Assembly (NCBI GenBank): GCA_002269645.1
Contig: NIVC01000989.1
Location: forward strand, 186,001 to 250,000
DNA: 64,000 nt
Source: Macrostomum lignano
Taxonomy: Eukaryota
Direction: 5' to 3'
Shown: positions 61,655 to 64,000 of the stretch, piece by piece
Layout of the letters: each line of letters begins with the position of its first letter
Position numbering within the stretch: position 1 is the first letter of the stretch
The notes under the pieces: generated by a model
Databases searched by the model: none
What the model was told of the DNA's origin: nothing
The model's input: only the letters and a program-made list of their open reading frames with translations
Program-made: the position numbers and the translations under genes

Positions 61655-63050
61655 TATTTAATGCATTCACACAGATTCTTAATGCATTCACACAGATTCT
61701 TAATGCATTCACACAGATTCTTAATGCATTCACACAGATTATTAATGCATTCACACAGATTCTTAATGCATTCACACATATTCTTAATGCATTCACACAG
61801 ATTCTTAATGCATTCACACAGATTCTTAATGCATTCACACAGATTCTTAATGCATTCACACAGATTCTTAATGCATTCACACAGATTCTTAATGCATTCA
61901 CACAGATTCTTAATGCATTCCCACAGATTCTTAATGCATTCACACAGATTCGTAATGCATTCACACAGATTCCTAATCTTAGAATTCACACAGATTCTTA
62001 ATGCATTCAAACATATTCTTAATGCATTCACACAGATTCTTAATGCATTCACACAGATTCTTAATGCATTCACACAGATTCTTAATGCATTCACACAGAT
62101 TCTTAATGCATTCACACAGATTCCTAATCTTAGAATTCACACAGATTCCTAATGTTAAAATTCACACAGATTCCTAATCTTAGAATTCACACAGATTCCT
62201 AATATTAAAATTCACACAGATTCCTAATCTTAGAATTCACACAGATTCTTAATGCATTTACACAGATTCTTAATGCATTTACACAGATTCTTAATGCATT
62301 CACACAGATTCTTAATGCATTCACACAGATTCTTAATGTATTCACACAGATTCGTAATGCATTCACACAGATTCGTAATGCATTCACACAGATTCGTAAT
62401 CTTAGAATTCACACAGATTCTTAATGCATTTACACAGATTCTTAATGCATTTACACAGATTCTTAATGCATTCACACAGATTCTTAATGCATTCACACAG
62501 ATTCTTAATGTATTCACACAGATTCGTAATGCATTCACACAGATTCGTAATGCATTCACACAGATTCGTAATCTTAGAATTCACACAGATTCTTAATGCA
62601 TTCACACAGATTCCTAATCTAAGCATTCACACAGATTCCTAATCTTCACATTCACACAGATTCCTAATCTTCACAGTCACACAGATTCCTAATCTAAGCA
62701 CTCACACAGATTCCTAATCTTCACAGTCACACAGATTCCTAATCTTACCATTCACACACAGATTCCTAATCTTAGCATTCACACAGATTCCTAATTTTAG
62801 CATTCACACAGATTCATAATCTTAGCATTCACACAGATTCCTAATCTTCACAGTCACACAGATTCCTATTCTTAGCATTCACACAGATTCCGAATTTTAC
62901 ATTCACAAAGATTCCTATTCTTAGCATTCACACAGATTCCTAATCTTCACATTCACAAAGATTCCTATTCTTAGCATTCACACAGATTCCAAATTTTACA
63001 TTCACAAAGATTCTTAATCTAAGCATTCACACAGATTCCGAATCTTCATG
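61655..63050. repeat. 21-bp minisatellite (AATGCATTCACACAGATTCTT)n
   Basis: About 65 units, with a ~170-bp higher-order duplication at 62220-62590. Confidence 0.97.
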
Positions 63051-63402
63051 CAGATGTTGAATCTTTAGACTGGTTCCAAATTTTCACACCGATTCAAATA
63101 GTTTATTTAATCTCTCCACAAACCAGAAACCTAACACTCCTAATTGACAGATTTCCAATCCAGATTTCTGCCATTGCCCGTCCAGCTAGTATTTTTAGCG
63201 ATCCTTGCTCTGCGAGAGCCTCTGTCAGCCAATCGGTAAACAGCAGAACTGCCATTGGCTATCAGATTTGGTATGTCCTGCATGCATCAAATAAAAGTGG
63301 CGCACAAACACACGACTAAAATTAAAACACAAGATTAAAATTTCATCGGCACAGAGAGACATCAATTCGACACCTTTGCCACAATTGTAAACAGCAATAA
63401 AA

Positions 63403-63975
63403 ATGTCTAATAAATCAACTATCACATTGTTATTAACTATCCATCTAGCAGCTGTCAGTTCAATCAGTTTCAATATCGAACTAGACGAAGACAACGGCGA
63501 ATTGACAAGTTCGAGGTCGAGAATATTTGCTCGACTGTCTGATTACGTCACCGGGCCGATCCTGGACACGATGCGCTTCGAGACCGATCAGCACTCGTCG
63601 AAGGTGGCCAAGTACTTCAACGTGGACTCGAGAACTGGCGAAATGTCCACGCTGGGCAATGGCAGCCTGGATTTGGACCGGCTGTGCCAGCAGGTGGAAG
63701 TCTGCTGCCAGCGTCAACAGGTGTGCAGCGTCCGGGTTCGAGTCCGCCTGATTGACAGCGCCAATGTCGACGGCACCCAATCAGTGTGGGCCAACATCAG
63801 GCTGAGAGACTTGAACGACAACGGGCCCCAGTTTCTGCATTCCAGCTACAATTTGACCATTGAAGAGGGCGGGCAGCCTGGCGAGAATATTCGGCTGCCT
63901 CAGGCGGCGGATTTAGACTCGGAGGAGTTCGGCGTGAGGGAGTACACCTTGCTGGAGCCGAGCGCCTACTTCCAG
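63403..63975 (+). CDS. protocadherin-like cadherin, first coding exon (continues beyond window)
   Basis: Signal peptide, EC1 with FNVDSRTGEM and LDLDRLC...CC...C, linker DLNDNGPQF, EC2 AADLDSEEFG. Donor CAG|GTGTGG at 63976. Confidence 0.85.
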
Positions 63976-64000
63976 GTGTGGCTTTTTTAGATAGAAGATG

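Noticed and set aside
61614-62642. ALRICVN / MHSHRFL repeat ORFs
   Set aside because: They come from the 21-bp array, are open on both strands and have no unique flanking coding sequence.

Overview
Eukaryotic (metazoan) genomic DNA with GT-AG introns. It is very rich in minisatellites, and the style suggests a free-living flatworm such as Macrostomum (inference only). I reconstructed genes by hand with phase-consistent splice sites. On the + strand: an NHL-like 3' exon, a one-domain degenerate eIF4A-like DEAD-box protein, TEX10/Ipi1, XPNPEP3, a prominin-like 5-TM protein and the first exon of a protocadherin. On the - strand: a single-exon rhodopsin-class GPCR, a 6-exon ankyrin-repeat protein, a long low-complexity protein ending in an RBX1/APC11-type RING-H2, and tRNA-Ser(CGA). 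Most long ORFs in the supplied track are artefacts of about 30 tandem arrays, mostly intronic. Mobile DNA includes two tRNA-derived SINE families, hAT-like MITEs, a foldback element, a 17-bp-TIR element and a Penelope relic. The most unusual observations are: (1) an RBX-type three-zinc RING at the end of a >740-aa repeat protein; (2) a DEAD-box protein lacking its second domain, with DEAD->TETD and SAT->SPT; (3) a ~5.5-kb CpG-depleted block containing a fossil, intron-bearing transposase-like gene decayed by C->T changes; (4) a possible trans-spliced co-oriented gene cluster; (5) an in-frame TGA in the ankyrin gene. All counts are by eye and no database searches were run.
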